IMG/VR virus record: IMGVR_UViG_3300032312_000788
Coordinates: 10,986-74,985 of that record
Origin: a virus
Taxonomy: Duplodnaviria > Heunggongvirae > Uroviricota > Caudoviricetes
Reading direction: 5' to 3' (one strand)
DNA: 64,000 bases
Shown: piece by piece, positions 10,202 through 18,644 of the stretch
Layout: every line of letters starts with the position of its first letter
Numbering within the stretch: position 1 is the stretch's first letter
Program-made: the position numbers and the translations under genes
The notes under the pieces: generated by a model
Database searches by the model: none
The model's input: the letters and a program-made list of their open reading frames with translations, nothing else
What the model was told of the DNA's origin: nothing

Positions 10202-10608
10202 GTAGCCAATCCAGATCGATTGGCTGCACTCTTAGCCCTATGACCCCTATCGCTTAGGGGGCGATTGACGTAAGATCTAATTTTAGATTCATCGGTCAAA
10301 TCTTTAACAAGCTGAACTCTAATTTGGGGGTTCAGCTTGTTTTTTAATAGATCAGCTACGAAATGCTTTAATGTCGGAGAGCTATGTTTTTTTCTTTCTT
10401 CTCCGTAAACGTCTTTGACTTCGGATGGTAAACACCTCCAAATATAATCCCAAACAGTGAAGGTGGGGGCGTTCGTTTCACCATACATCCTCATAATTTT
10501 CAGACATTGTGCATATGCACTGTTTAATTCTTGATCGAATGCTAGAAAATTAGCTGTTCTAGCCATTTCTGTCATTAATTGTTTATATACTTTATCAAAT
10601 TCACTCAT
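10198..10608 (-). CDS. Hypothetical protein, probable head-internal protein; start revised from 10644
   Basis: ATG overlaps the TGA of the upstream MTase half (ATGA); N-terminus MSEFDKVYKQLMTE. Confidence 0.65.
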   Translation of the reverse strand: MSEFDKVYKQLMTEMARTANFLAFDQELNSAYAQCLKIMRMYGETNAPTFTVWDYIWRCLPSEVKDVYGEERKKHSSPTLKHFVADLLKNKLNPQIRVQLVKDLTDESKIRSYVNRPLSDRGHRAKSAANRSGLAT

Positions 10609-10997
10609 ACGATTTTCTCCCAATAGTAACCCACAAGTTCCCAACCCTTATGATATTTATCCAAGGCATCAGCGTTGATAATATTTTGATCTAATACAAG
10701 GATCAGATTTTCGTCTTTATTACCCAATAGTAAATTTTCTTTACATTTCTTTACATTTACAGGGTCTAGTTCAACACCATATATAGATCTTAATGCTTCA
10801 AGATGGGAATATCCATTCTTCATCTTTCTTTTTAAAACTTCACATAAAAATGCCCCATCCCCACAGGAATTATCCAAAAAGGTTTTATTTTTTGAGAATA
10901 AATCTTGAGGTAGTTTATCTAAAATATCATTAACCAAGTTATTAGGGGTGAATACCATACCTAATTCTTTAATTTTATTCTTACTTTGTTTTTTCAT
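10605..10997 (-). CDS. N6-adenine DNA methyltransferase, SAM-binding half (motifs X, I-III)
   Basis: GMVFTP (motif X), FLDNSCGDGAFL (I), YGVELD (II), NIINADAL (III); no NPPY motif. Confidence 0.85.
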   Translation of the reverse strand: MKKQSKNKIKELGMVFTPNNLVNDILDKLPQDLFSKNKTFLDNSCGDGAFLCEVLKRKMKNGYSHLEALRSIYGVELDPVNVKKCKENLLLGNKDENLILVLDQNIINADALDKYHKGWELVGYYWEKIV

Positions 10998-11820
10998 CGA
11001 AAAATTTCCATAAATTTTTATTGTATAACGCGAACAATGGTGTATTAAAAACCTTTGTGGTATAATGAGTGCTTTCCATAAATTCTGAGAATCCGTTAAT
11101 TTTTTGATTTTTGAATACTCTCTCCACCAAATCTAAGTATTCATCGTCACCGATTATACCGATGCAGAATTCCGACATACCATATTCTCCATTTTTATCC
11201 ATGAGGTAAGAAACGGGTCTATTTGGATTGAAAATTAGTTTAGGTATACCGAAATGTCTTTCGTTTTTTGAGGAATACCATATAATTGGATTTATTTTAT
11301 TCACAGTATATACTATTGGGTAAATATGTCTATCTGTCTTAACATTGGACATATGATCTCTCAATATATAATAATATGAATCGCTTATGATTTCTATATT
11401 GTCGTTAGACAACATACTATAATTTAAATCTATTAGAAAATTTGGAACATATTGTTTAGATTTTAGATCTATTGTATGATAATTACCCTTCAAATCTTTT
11501 AAAATTGTTTTGTCATCTGTGGGTTTGTTTTGCAAAATATACCAATCATAGGATGATTGTATTCCAAATACAGGAACACTATCATTTTCATCATGAATTT
11601 CTAGATAATTAATTTGTTTAGATAATAATAAATTCTTAACGTTTGTTAATCGACCAGCTACATTTCTCCAACCTCCGGGGTGTATAACAGCCAGATACCC
11701 GTCCTCTTTCAATATATCAAAATATAGAAATAAAAATTTATCCCAAATACGAAGAGATTTTTTATTTGTTATAGCCTTTTGATACGGTGGATTGCCAACA
11801 ATTACGTCAAATTTAGTCAT
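10981..11820 (-). CDS. N6-adenine DNA methyltransferase, catalytic + target-recognition half (Eco57I/TaqI-like)
   Basis: Begins MTKFDVIVGNPPY (motif IV), then W.KF, LKEDGYLAVIHP and VF; no FxGxG motif. Confidence 0.85.
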   Translation of the reverse strand: MTKFDVIVGNPPYQKAITNKKSLRIWDKFLFLYFDILKEDGYLAVIHPGGWRNVAGRLTNVKNLLLSKQINYLEIHDENDSVPVFGIQSSYDWYILQNKPTDDKTILKDLKGNYHTIDLKSKQYVPNFLIDLNYSMLSNDNIEIISDSYYYILRDHMSNVKTDRHIYPIVYTVNKINPIIWYSSKNERHFGIPKLIFNPNRPVSYLMDKNGEYGMSEFCIGIIGDDEYLDLVERVFKNQKINGFSEFMESTHYTTKVFNTPLFALYNKNLWKFFDEKTK

Positions 11821-13402
11821 TATATGTCAACCAGTGATTGTAGTTTTTGAATTTTTTAAATCCACGCTCTTCGAATTTTTCGATGGGTTTTGAAAATTTA
11901 GAATCCTTTTTGAATTGTTCTGTCATATAAATCATTACAGATTCTTCCATAGGAGTCTCATCTGATTTAGGATTCTCCCTTTCCCATTCATCGAATTGAG
12001 CTTGTAATTCATTGACAGCATCTTGTTCCTTTTTCATTTTTTCCAAGATTCTTTCTCTTTCTAATGGATTTCCGCCAACAGATGTCTTGATTAGTTCTTT
12101 CCTAGTCAAATTTAGAATAATTTTGGCTGTTTCTAACGCATCAGCGTGTGGATTTTTTTCAGACATATCGCTCTTTTTAGGAGCATATTTAGAATCAGTC
12201 TTGTGATACATGTCATACTTTCCTTCAAGTTGTGACATATACTTAGATATCTTATCTTGATACCTTGAGGTTAGAGTTTGTAAATCCGCCGATTTTATTT
12301 TCTCCTTAGCGGTTTGATATACTTGAAAATCATGTCGCAATTCCTCCGTATTGATAATCTTTTCATAAATGTCAGCATCATATCCGAAATATTTAGATTC
12401 TCCAGATGAAACTCTTCTTTCCAATTCTTGAATTATGAGATCTAATAATCTTTTTAAGTTTTCTGGTGCATTTGGGTGATTTTTAATACCATTAAAAGAT
12501 TTAACAACACCCTCTAAGCTTTGACCAATTCCTTTTTCTAGTTTGCCTTCTATCAAAGTCATCAAAGTTCCTATCGATGCTTCAAACTCTTTAACCGAAA
12601 TCTTTCCTAAGTAATAGTCAATTGTTTTATTCTCAACCTCCTGTTCATTGTTTTGTAGTTTGCTTCTAGATACCCATTTTTTTGGAGCTTCAGACGAATC
12701 ATAGTCTACGTTTTCTTGTCGAATACTTCGGTTATATGTTGAATTTTTTAACTTTAAAATGGATAAAAAGTCTAGAATAATTTCACCAGATAAAATTTTT
12801 GGATCTTTGGATGATGCAATTTTACCCCCTTTACTCCTAGACAAAATTCTAGGAAACATCAATTTATTCATTTCTTGAATATAAGGGTTCATTTTTATTG
12901 ACAATTCTCTGATATAATCAGGATCTAAGGAAGTGAGTTCTTCTTTGGTTTTTTCTCTGTGTTTGGCGATTTTACTTTTGGACTCCGATTTCCAATTCAA
13001 AACAAAATCTTTGAAAGCTTGAAAATCATTCATTCCGTCCAACATAACACCCATCACTTCACTGAATTTTTCAGGAGATTCCTCCTTAGCCGATACTAGT
13101 ATGTCATTAATTTGCGGCACTGCTGTTTGTTTTATTATATTGGCGGATTTTCTAGGATTCCATCCCATTCTTTGTTCGTGATTGGCGTAATCATCAATCA
13201 ATTCTCTCATATATACGAAGACTTTATTTTGTAATGGTCCCGAATTTTCATCTGGATTGATGTCGGATTTATAAAATTCTCTTAATTTTTTACATGCATC
13301 ATTTATTTCTTTGAATTTAAATATAGTAACTGGTTTACCACCACCCTCAGTTAATAATATATTTGCACGTTCAACAAAATAATCAAAATTCATATAACTC
13401 AT
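11813..13402 (-). CDS. Large hypothetical protein, probable head-internal protein; start revised from 13435
   Basis: TAAATA-N5-ATG; N-terminus MSYMNFDYFVERANILLTE|GG; K/E-rich and predicted helical. Confidence 0.7.
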   Translation of the reverse strand: MSYMNFDYFVERANILLTEGGGKPVTIFKFKEINDACKKLREFYKSDINPDENSGPLQNKVFVYMRELIDDYANHEQRMGWNPRKSANIIKQTAVPQINDILVSAKEESPEKFSEVMGVMLDGMNDFQAFKDFVLNWKSESKSKIAKHREKTKEELTSLDPDYIRELSIKMNPYIQEMNKLMFPRILSRSKGGKIASSKDPKILSGEIILDFLSILKLKNSTYNRSIRQENVDYDSSEAPKKWVSRSKLQNNEQEVENKTIDYYLGKISVKEFEASIGTLMTLIEGKLEKGIGQSLEGVVKSFNGIKNHPNAPENLKRLLDLIIQELERRVSSGESKYFGYDADIYEKIINTEELRHDFQVYQTAKEKIKSADLQTLTSRYQDKISKYMSQLEGKYDMYHKTDSKYAPKKSDMSEKNPHADALETAKIILNLTRKELIKTSVGGNPLERERILEKMKKEQDAVNELQAQFDEWERENPKSDETPMEESVMIYMTEQFKKDSKFSKPIEKFEERGFKKFKNYNHWLTYND

Positions 13403-13418
13403 GAGATTATTTAGTCTC

Positions 13419-13446
13419 TTGACAAAGAAAGTCACTGTGCTAGGAT
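13419..13446 (+). promoter_or_regulatory. Sigma70-type early promoter
   Basis: TTGACA-N16-TAGGAT with TG; ATG 6 nt downstream; back-to-back with the late box at 13408-13413 (- strand). Confidence 0.75.
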
Positions 13447-13452
13447 TGGTCC

Positions 13453-14190
13453 ATGGAGATTAAAAGAGTTCGGTATATATCCGCCACATCTAAAGATAAT
13501 GCAGAAAAAACAACCATCCACCAATCGACTAGGAAATTGTGTGTGGATTTTGTTGGTCATGCTGCACATTGGTATCTATTAAACAATAAAGAAAAGCTAT
13601 CTAAAAAATATAATGAAGCCATTGAAGATGCTATTTCTGACGATATAGATTGTTTGATTTTAGTTCATGATGATGTAATCCTAGAAGAAGACCCAATCCC
13701 TAAACTAGAAAAACTATTCGATGAATATGATTTGGTTGGGGTTGCTGGAGCATCTAAAATAGAATTAAAATCACCAGCATTGTGGCATTTGATGGGTGGA
13801 GGATTTTATAATGGACATAACCAATCAAATTTGCATGGAAGAGTTCAACACATTGTTGAGAGAGAACCGAATAATGGTGGATTGCAAGTGGGAATGGTAT
13901 ACAAAGAAAAGGTTGCAACGAATTTTGGATTTTATCCACACCGAGTAGTTATGATTGATGGTGTTTTTATGGCTTTAAATAGAAAAGCTATGGAGACAAT
14001 GAGATTTGATGAAGAATGCCCCTCGTCCTTCCATTTTTACGATTGCATTTCTTCGCTTGACTTTCATTTGGGGGGTGGTAGAGTCGGTGTAGGTGATATT
14101 TTAATAACTCATGAATCACCCGGACTTCGTGAGTTTTCCACGGACTGGTTGGAGGGAGAAAAATATTTTCTTAATAAATATGACCGATAA
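13453..14190 (+). CDS. GT-A fold glycosyltransferase (GT2-like, StrF/Glyco_tranf_2_5 type)
   Basis: YNEAI, ILVHDDV (DxD-like), VGVAG, IDGVFMA, RFDE..FHFYD, H.SPG. Confidence 0.85.
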   Translation: MEIKRVRYISATSKDNAEKTTIHQSTRKLCVDFVGHAAHWYLLNNKEKLSKKYNEAIEDAISDDIDCLILVHDDVILEEDPIPKLEKLFDEYDLVGVAGASKIELKSPALWHLMGGGFYNGHNQSNLHGRVQHIVEREPNNGGLQVGMVYKEKVATNFGFYPHRVVMIDGVFMALNRKAMETMRFDEECPSSFHFYDCISSLDFHLGGGRVGVGDILITHESPGLREFSTDWLEGEKYFLNKYDR

Positions 14191-14368
14191 AATAAATGAG
14201 TGGGATTGGGAACACGAATTTCAAATCTTAGAAGAAGAGGTTCCTCTACAAATGTCGGATTATATTTTTAAATACGTGATCGGCTTCGGGAGTATGCTAA
14301 TAGAAAAACGAGAAATTACAAGAACCGATCATCCTTTGAGATTTAAAGCAAGATATATATTTAAATGA
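14180..14368 (+). CDS. Hypothetical protein; start revised from 14111
   Basis: MTDKINE... overlaps the GT stop; its own stop overlaps the gp41 ATG (ATGA). Confidence 0.5.
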   Translation: MTDKINEWDWEHEFQILEEEVPLQMSDYIFKYVIGFGSMLIEKREITRTDHPLRFKARYIFK

Positions 14369-15690
14369 CCCTAGACTTGGACTTTTTTGAGACTGTGATC
14401 GCATATCATGCTATTACTAACTCTACGTACTTAAACTCTATAGCAGATTATGTAAAACCAGAATACTTTGAAAACCAAAACATAGCAGAATACTTCAAAA
14501 TCGTAAATGATTTTTACGATAAGAGAAAGAAGCTACCAACTTTCACAGAAGTTAAGACATATCTCACTAATGATATTCTCAAAAACAACTTCAGAAAGCT
14601 TCTAGAATCCTTTAAGAAGCTCGATAAGAATTTTGATGAAGCTGAATTGTATGATAATACCGAGAAATTCTTAAAGGAAAGAGCCACTTGGGTCCAAATG
14701 TTGGACATCGCTGAGAATGCAGAGGATAAAGTAAAGAATCCTCAAAAAGTGCTTGAAGCATTTGACGATATTTGTAAGATTAATCTCGTCACCAACAACG
14801 GTATCGAATTATTCCGTGATAAGGATAAGGTAATTGACGATATTCTCAATGTGGAGTCTTATATATCTTCTGGATGGGAATGGTTTGACAATGCCACGGG
14901 TGGAGGTTTTTTACAGAATGGTAAAGCCCTATATCTGTTTGGTGGACAGGCTAATATTGGTAAGAGTATATTCCTAGGAAACATAGCTGTTAACATCGCT
15001 AAACAAGGTAAGAGTGTCCTTGTGATATCTCTAGAGATGTCTGAGATGGTATATGCGAAGAGAATGTCTTCGAATATCACTAAAATCCCGATGAAGGATT
15101 TTAAATTCAATACCCATTCTCTAAGAAATCTCTTAGTCGAAGAAGAAAAGAGTAATCCTGAAGGTAAGATTTATATTAAGGAGTTTCCGCCTTCCACAAT
15201 GTCTCCAAAACAAATAGAGGCATTCATCAAGAAGATGATTAATTCTGGAATTAAACTGGACGCTATCATTATTGATTACATTGGACTACTTACCACGAGC
15301 TTTGGATCTAATTCGTACGAGAGAGGTAAACATATTTGTGAGAGTGTTAGAGCTTGGTCATATCCTGAGATTTTTGGATGTCCAATTATCTCAGCTTTCC
15401 AGACAAATCGTGGAGGATATGGTAAAGAAAATCCCGGAATGGAAACAGTATCAGAAAGTATCGGTGTCATGCAGACAGGAGATGTCGGATGTTCAATCTT
15501 TCAATCGGATGAAGACAAAGAATTAGGATTGATTAAATTAGGAATGATGAGAAATCGTTATGGGCCAATGGGTATGACACAGGCTATGTGTATCGATTAC
15601 GAAACTTTATCTATATCCCAGAGTGACGAAGATGAGGAATGTATGGATGATGAAGATTTAGGAATTTTAGAAAGATTATCAAAACAATGA
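14365..15690 (+). CDS. gp41: Replicative DnaB-like helicase
   Basis: Walker A GQANIGKS, ISLEM, IYIKEFP, IIIDYIGL, SAFQTNR, ESIG, KLGMMRNRYG. Confidence 0.95.
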   Translation: MTLDLDFFETVIAYHAITNSTYLNSIADYVKPEYFENQNIAEYFKIVNDFYDKRKKLPTFTEVKTYLTNDILKNNFRKLLESFKKLDKNFDEAELYDNTEKFLKERATWVQMLDIAENAEDKVKNPQKVLEAFDDICKINLVTNNGIELFRDKDKVIDDILNVESYISSGWEWFDNATGGGFLQNGKALYLFGGQANIGKSIFLGNIAVNIAKQGKSVLVISLEMSEMVYAKRMSSNITKIPMKDFKFNTHSLRNLLVEEEKSNPEGKIYIKEFPPSTMSPKQIEAFIKKMINSGIKLDAIIIDYIGLLTTSFGSNSYERGKHICESVRAWSYPEIFGCPIISAFQTNRGGYGKENPGMETVSESIGVMQTGDVGCSIFQSDEDKELGLIKLGMMRNRYGPMGMTQAMCIDYETLSISQSDEDEECMDDEDLGILERLSKQ

Positions 15691-15890
15691 AAAAATTAAT
15701 AACATTACAAGATCATAACGAGATCGTGAGAATTCGAATACACTCAACGAAGAACGGAATTGAATGTCCCTCATGTGGAGGAGAATTAGATGACGAAAAT
15801 GTGGGTATTTTATATCTGAGTAGCCCTCCCCAATGTGATATTAAATGTTTTAACTGTGGGTATACAGGAAAGAGATATGTTGACAAATGA
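15687..15890 (+). CDS. Small zinc-ribbon protein
   Basis: CPSCG...CDIKCFNCG; ATGA-coupled to gp41. Confidence 0.65.
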   Translation: MKKLITLQDHNEIVRIRIHSTKNGIECPSCGGELDDENVGILYLSSPPQCDIKCFNCGYTGKRYVDK

Positions 15891-15912
15891 TATAGACATC
15901 GTAAATATCGAT

Positions 15913-16770
15913 GTGCGAAATCGTATTTTTATTTGGAGCAATTCAGACCTTGATGGTGCCTGTTCAGTAATCTTACTTGGACAGATTTTTCAAGAATTTG
16001 AATACCAATCATGCTTTTTTGGTAAATTTGAAGAAACATATACTACTTGGGCAAAAACCAATCTGGAAAATTACGATAAAGTCTTTGTAGTCGGTATGGT
16101 TATTGACCAGAAGGTTCTCAATAAGATCGATGATCCTCGTTTGGTCATCATTTCAGACCGTGGAGAGAAGCTTACAGCCTATGATTCTACTTTAATTACA
16201 GAAGAATGTTCATCTTGTTCCAAATTAATCTATAAAAAGTTTAAAAAGATCAGAGAATTCTCGGTAAATGTCAAAAAACTATTAGTTTATGTTGACGATT
16301 ATAATGAATATGTTTTAAAACATGAAGAATCCAAGTATTTAAACGCAATTTACCGTAGATTAGGTTACAGAAGCTTCTATAAGTTTGTAGATAGATTCTT
16401 TGATGGATTTGATGGTTTCACTGATACTGAGATTAACATAGCTGAAGGATTTTTTAAAGAAATCGAGAAGGAAGTTTCTACAATGGATCTATATTCTGGT
16501 GAATTTAAGGGGTGGAAGGTGGTGGCAGCGTTCTCCAAGCTCTCGGTGAACGAAATAGCGAAGGAATTGATTGACAATCACAAAGCTGATGTTATCATTG
16601 TGGTCAATCCCGACACGAAGTTCATCTCTTTCCGAAAACCTCTAGGATCACCTGCTGATATTATTTACATGGCAGAAAATTTATGTGATGGTGGTGGGAG
16701 TGAGTATGCATCGGGTGGTCAAATGACTGAGAAATTTATCGGATTTACTACAAATTTAGAGCAATTATGA
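15913..16770 (+). CDS. DHH/DHHA1-family protein with degenerate active site; start revised to GTG 15913
   Basis: SDLDG motif I and GGGSEYASGG DHHA1 tail are present; DHH motif replaced by SDR; start predicted by TTGACA-N16-TAAATA-N5-GTG. Confidence 0.8.
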   Translation: MRNRIFIWSNSDLDGACSVILLGQIFQEFEYQSCFFGKFEETYTTWAKTNLENYDKVFVVGMVIDQKVLNKIDDPRLVIISDRGEKLTAYDSTLITEECSSCSKLIYKKFKKIREFSVNVKKLLVYVDDYNEYVLKHEESKYLNAIYRRLGYRSFYKFVDRFFDGFDGFTDTEINIAEGFFKEIEKEVSTMDLYSGEFKGWKVVAAFSKLSVNEIAKELIDNHKADVIIVVNPDTKFISFRKPLGSPADIIYMAENLCDGGGSEYASGGQMTEKFIGFTTNLEQL

Positions 16771-17132
16771 TAAAACCTTTATTAACATTGAATAAGTTGA
16801 ACGCCAATAATAGAATGTATCGAACTGATGTAGTTGAAAAGGCTATTACCGAATATGTCGGTAAGGAGGCGTATTTGGAGCATTCTCAAACTAGAGAATC
16901 ACCCGAAGTAAACATAGAAAATGTTATCGGTGTTGTGACAGATATGTATATAAAAGATGACCTATTATTGGGAAATATTGATATTATCAGCAGATGTCCA
17001 CCAGTATTGAAAGAAGGCTTTGAAAGTGGAGAATTTGTTGTTCGTCCATTCGGAATAGGGACAATAGATGAACATCGGCAAGTCCAAGATTACAAACTCG
17101 TCGGATTTATATTGACGAATGACCCTGCATAA
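16767..17132 (+). CDS. Prohead protease (gp21)-like domain, probably inactive
   Basis: NANNRMY..VVEKAI.EY, VNIENV, FGIGT and VQDYKL...DPA follow the gp21 pattern NxNxRxY..LEK, VNLDRV, SSRGLGS, VQEDF..D.VxDPS; no Ser at the SSRG position. Confidence 0.65.
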   Translation: MIKPLLTLNKLNANNRMYRTDVVEKAITEYVGKEAYLEHSQTRESPEVNIENVIGVVTDMYIKDDLLLGNIDIISRCPPVLKEGFESGEFVVRPFGIGTIDEHRQVQDYKLVGFILTNDPA

Positions 17133-17409
17133 CATGAGCGACCCATCATCAAACTTAATAAGCGAAGAATTAGATCATATTTTCCTTTCATTCTGCACAT
17201 TTGTAATGAACCTAAAGGGGAAGAAATTATCTGTCCAGAATGTATTCGTTCAAACTCTTCAAGATGAAAAATTAAAGAATGTGGCTAAGACTATGCTATC
17301 TTTAGATAGTGATTACGAATTAGTAAAGGTCTTTCTCGACTTCGACCCTAGTGTGTCCCGTTCTAAGTTTGTTACAAAGTGGATAAACAATCAAAATAAA
17401 AAGAAATGA
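17119..17409 (+). CDS. Hypothetical protein
   Basis: 96 aa ORF in a coupled + strand run; true start may be 17134. Confidence 0.6.
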   Translation: MTLHNMSDPSSNLISEELDHIFLSFCTFVMNLKGKKLSVQNVFVQTLQDEKLKNVAKTMLSLDSDYELVKVFLDFDPSVSRSKFVTKWINNQNKKK

Positions 17410-17609
17410 GCGAAACTTTTCAAGATATCTTTATAAGAGTTTATAAAAATTTGGTTGATTCGTCTCACATGTCAGAGTTGACAGCATTTTGTGAAGCATC
17501 CAAAATAGCTAAAGAATATATGGTATTAAACGGAACGTGGGATGAGCATAAAAATGACGTATTTTGTTACGCTCCATACTTTCCACTTTATATATGTGGA
17601 CCTAGATGA
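17406..17609 (+). CDS. Hypothetical protein
   Basis: 67 aa; ATGA overlaps at both ends. Confidence 0.55.
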   Translation: MSETFQDIFIRVYKNLVDSSHMSELTAFCEASKIAKEYMVLNGTWDEHKNDVFCYAPYFPLYICGPR

Positions 17610-18082
17610 ATATTGAGAATATATTTCAGAAACACCCCAACATTAATCAAGAATACTTTCTTGCAGCGATTCCGCCTTGGGAGATAGAAGAGAAGGAAGC
17701 CATCAAGTTATATGTCGAGTATGTAAAATCACTCGTCTTAGATGACCCAGATAAAGATGAATCAATTGAGCGTTTAAAATCTGGGCTCAAGTATGTGTTC
17801 AAATTCTGTAAAGAAAAGGGGTTGACATTCTCAGATTACCTGACATACTCAGAACATACCCTACCTTGTTGGGTGACACATTTAAAAAATCACCAAATCG
17901 ATTTTCACACTCTTCACAGCTTGCAAATGTCGAAACCCATGCTAGACTCTGAATTGTTGAACTTCGTGATTCCAAATTTCTTCGTCAACTTTCAAAAAAC
18001 AAGACAAAAGTTTTACACTTCAAAAAGGATGAAAGATTTTGGAAAGAAAGCTAAGGAAAAATTAGAAACCATATTATGCTAA
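17606..18082 (+). CDS. Hypothetical protein, possibly gp59-like helicase loader (short)
   Basis: Helical protein near gp32, where gp59 sits in T4-like phages; HLKNHQIDFHTL weakly recalls gp59 C-terminal helices; mostly synteny inference. Confidence 0.35.
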   Translation: MNIENIFQKHPNINQEYFLAAIPPWEIEEKEAIKLYVEYVKSLVLDDPDKDESIERLKSGLKYVFKFCKEKGLTFSDYLTYSEHTLPCWVTHLKNHQIDFHTLHSLQMSKPMLDSELLNFVIPNFFVNFQKTRQKFYTSKRMKDFGKKAKEKLETILC

Positions 18083-18555
18083 AATTAGGAACAAACGTAA
18101 AAGATAAATCAACGAATCAAGAGGGTATGCTTACTCTCATGCAAGTTGAACAGAACGAAAATATTTATTATTATTTTCAACCAAGAGGAACAAGCCCAAA
18201 AACTGGAGAACCTTTGGATGGTCGATGGATTGTGGATTCCTCGATTGAAGGGGGTGTGACAGTAGTTCCACCGTATCTTCCAGTTGACATTCTCGGATCT
18301 TATGCTAAAGATAATGCGAGTGGATACGAAGGAGTGATTACTTCTCTGAGACTTCACATCAACGGGTGTGTTCATGTATCTTTACAGTCTCAACAGATTT
18401 TAGAAGAAACCGGAACAGTTCCCCTTAGCGTAGATTTTGATATTCGTAGATTATCTGGAGAAAAGATTGACACGATGACAGAAGAGGAAAAGGAAGAGAG
18501 TCAAATTAGGAATCCGAGTCCAGTAGGTGTAGGTGCATACAAACCAAGATTGTAA
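18076..18555 (+). CDS. Hypothetical protein with tandem duplicated small beta domain
   Basis: Two copies of LG..(V/A)KD..(T/S)..EG..T.......N...(Y/H)...Q....G. Confidence 0.7.
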   Translation: MLKLGTNVKDKSTNQEGMLTLMQVEQNENIYYYFQPRGTSPKTGEPLDGRWIVDSSIEGGVTVVPPYLPVDILGSYAKDNASGYEGVITSLRLHINGCVHVSLQSQQILEETGTVPLSVDFDIRRLSGEKIDTMTEEEKEESQIRNPSPVGVGAYKPRL

Positions 18556-18571
18556 ATTTTCATCCGAAGAC

Positions 18572-18644
18572 TAAATATAGTTCTCCTAGCGAGCAATAAA
18601 ACAAAATAAAACAAAATAGAACAAAACAAAATAATAAAGAAAAT
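18572..18644 (+). promoter_or_regulatory. Late box plus A-rich unstructured leader of gp32 (candidate autogenous translational operator)
   Basis: TAAATA at 18572-18577; 18595-18644 is almost all A/C/T with ACAAAATA(A/G)A repeats. Confidence 0.6.

Noticed and set aside
10198-10608. Cognate restriction endonuclease for the split MTase
   Set aside because: No PD-(D/E)xK, HNH or GIY-YIG motif; N-terminus matches the head-cargo leader family
11819-11830. TTGACA directly followed by TATAAT on the - strand at the MTase start
   Set aside because: Zero spacer cannot form a sigma70 promoter; the bases encode W-L-T-Y-N of the upstream gene and are probably coincidental
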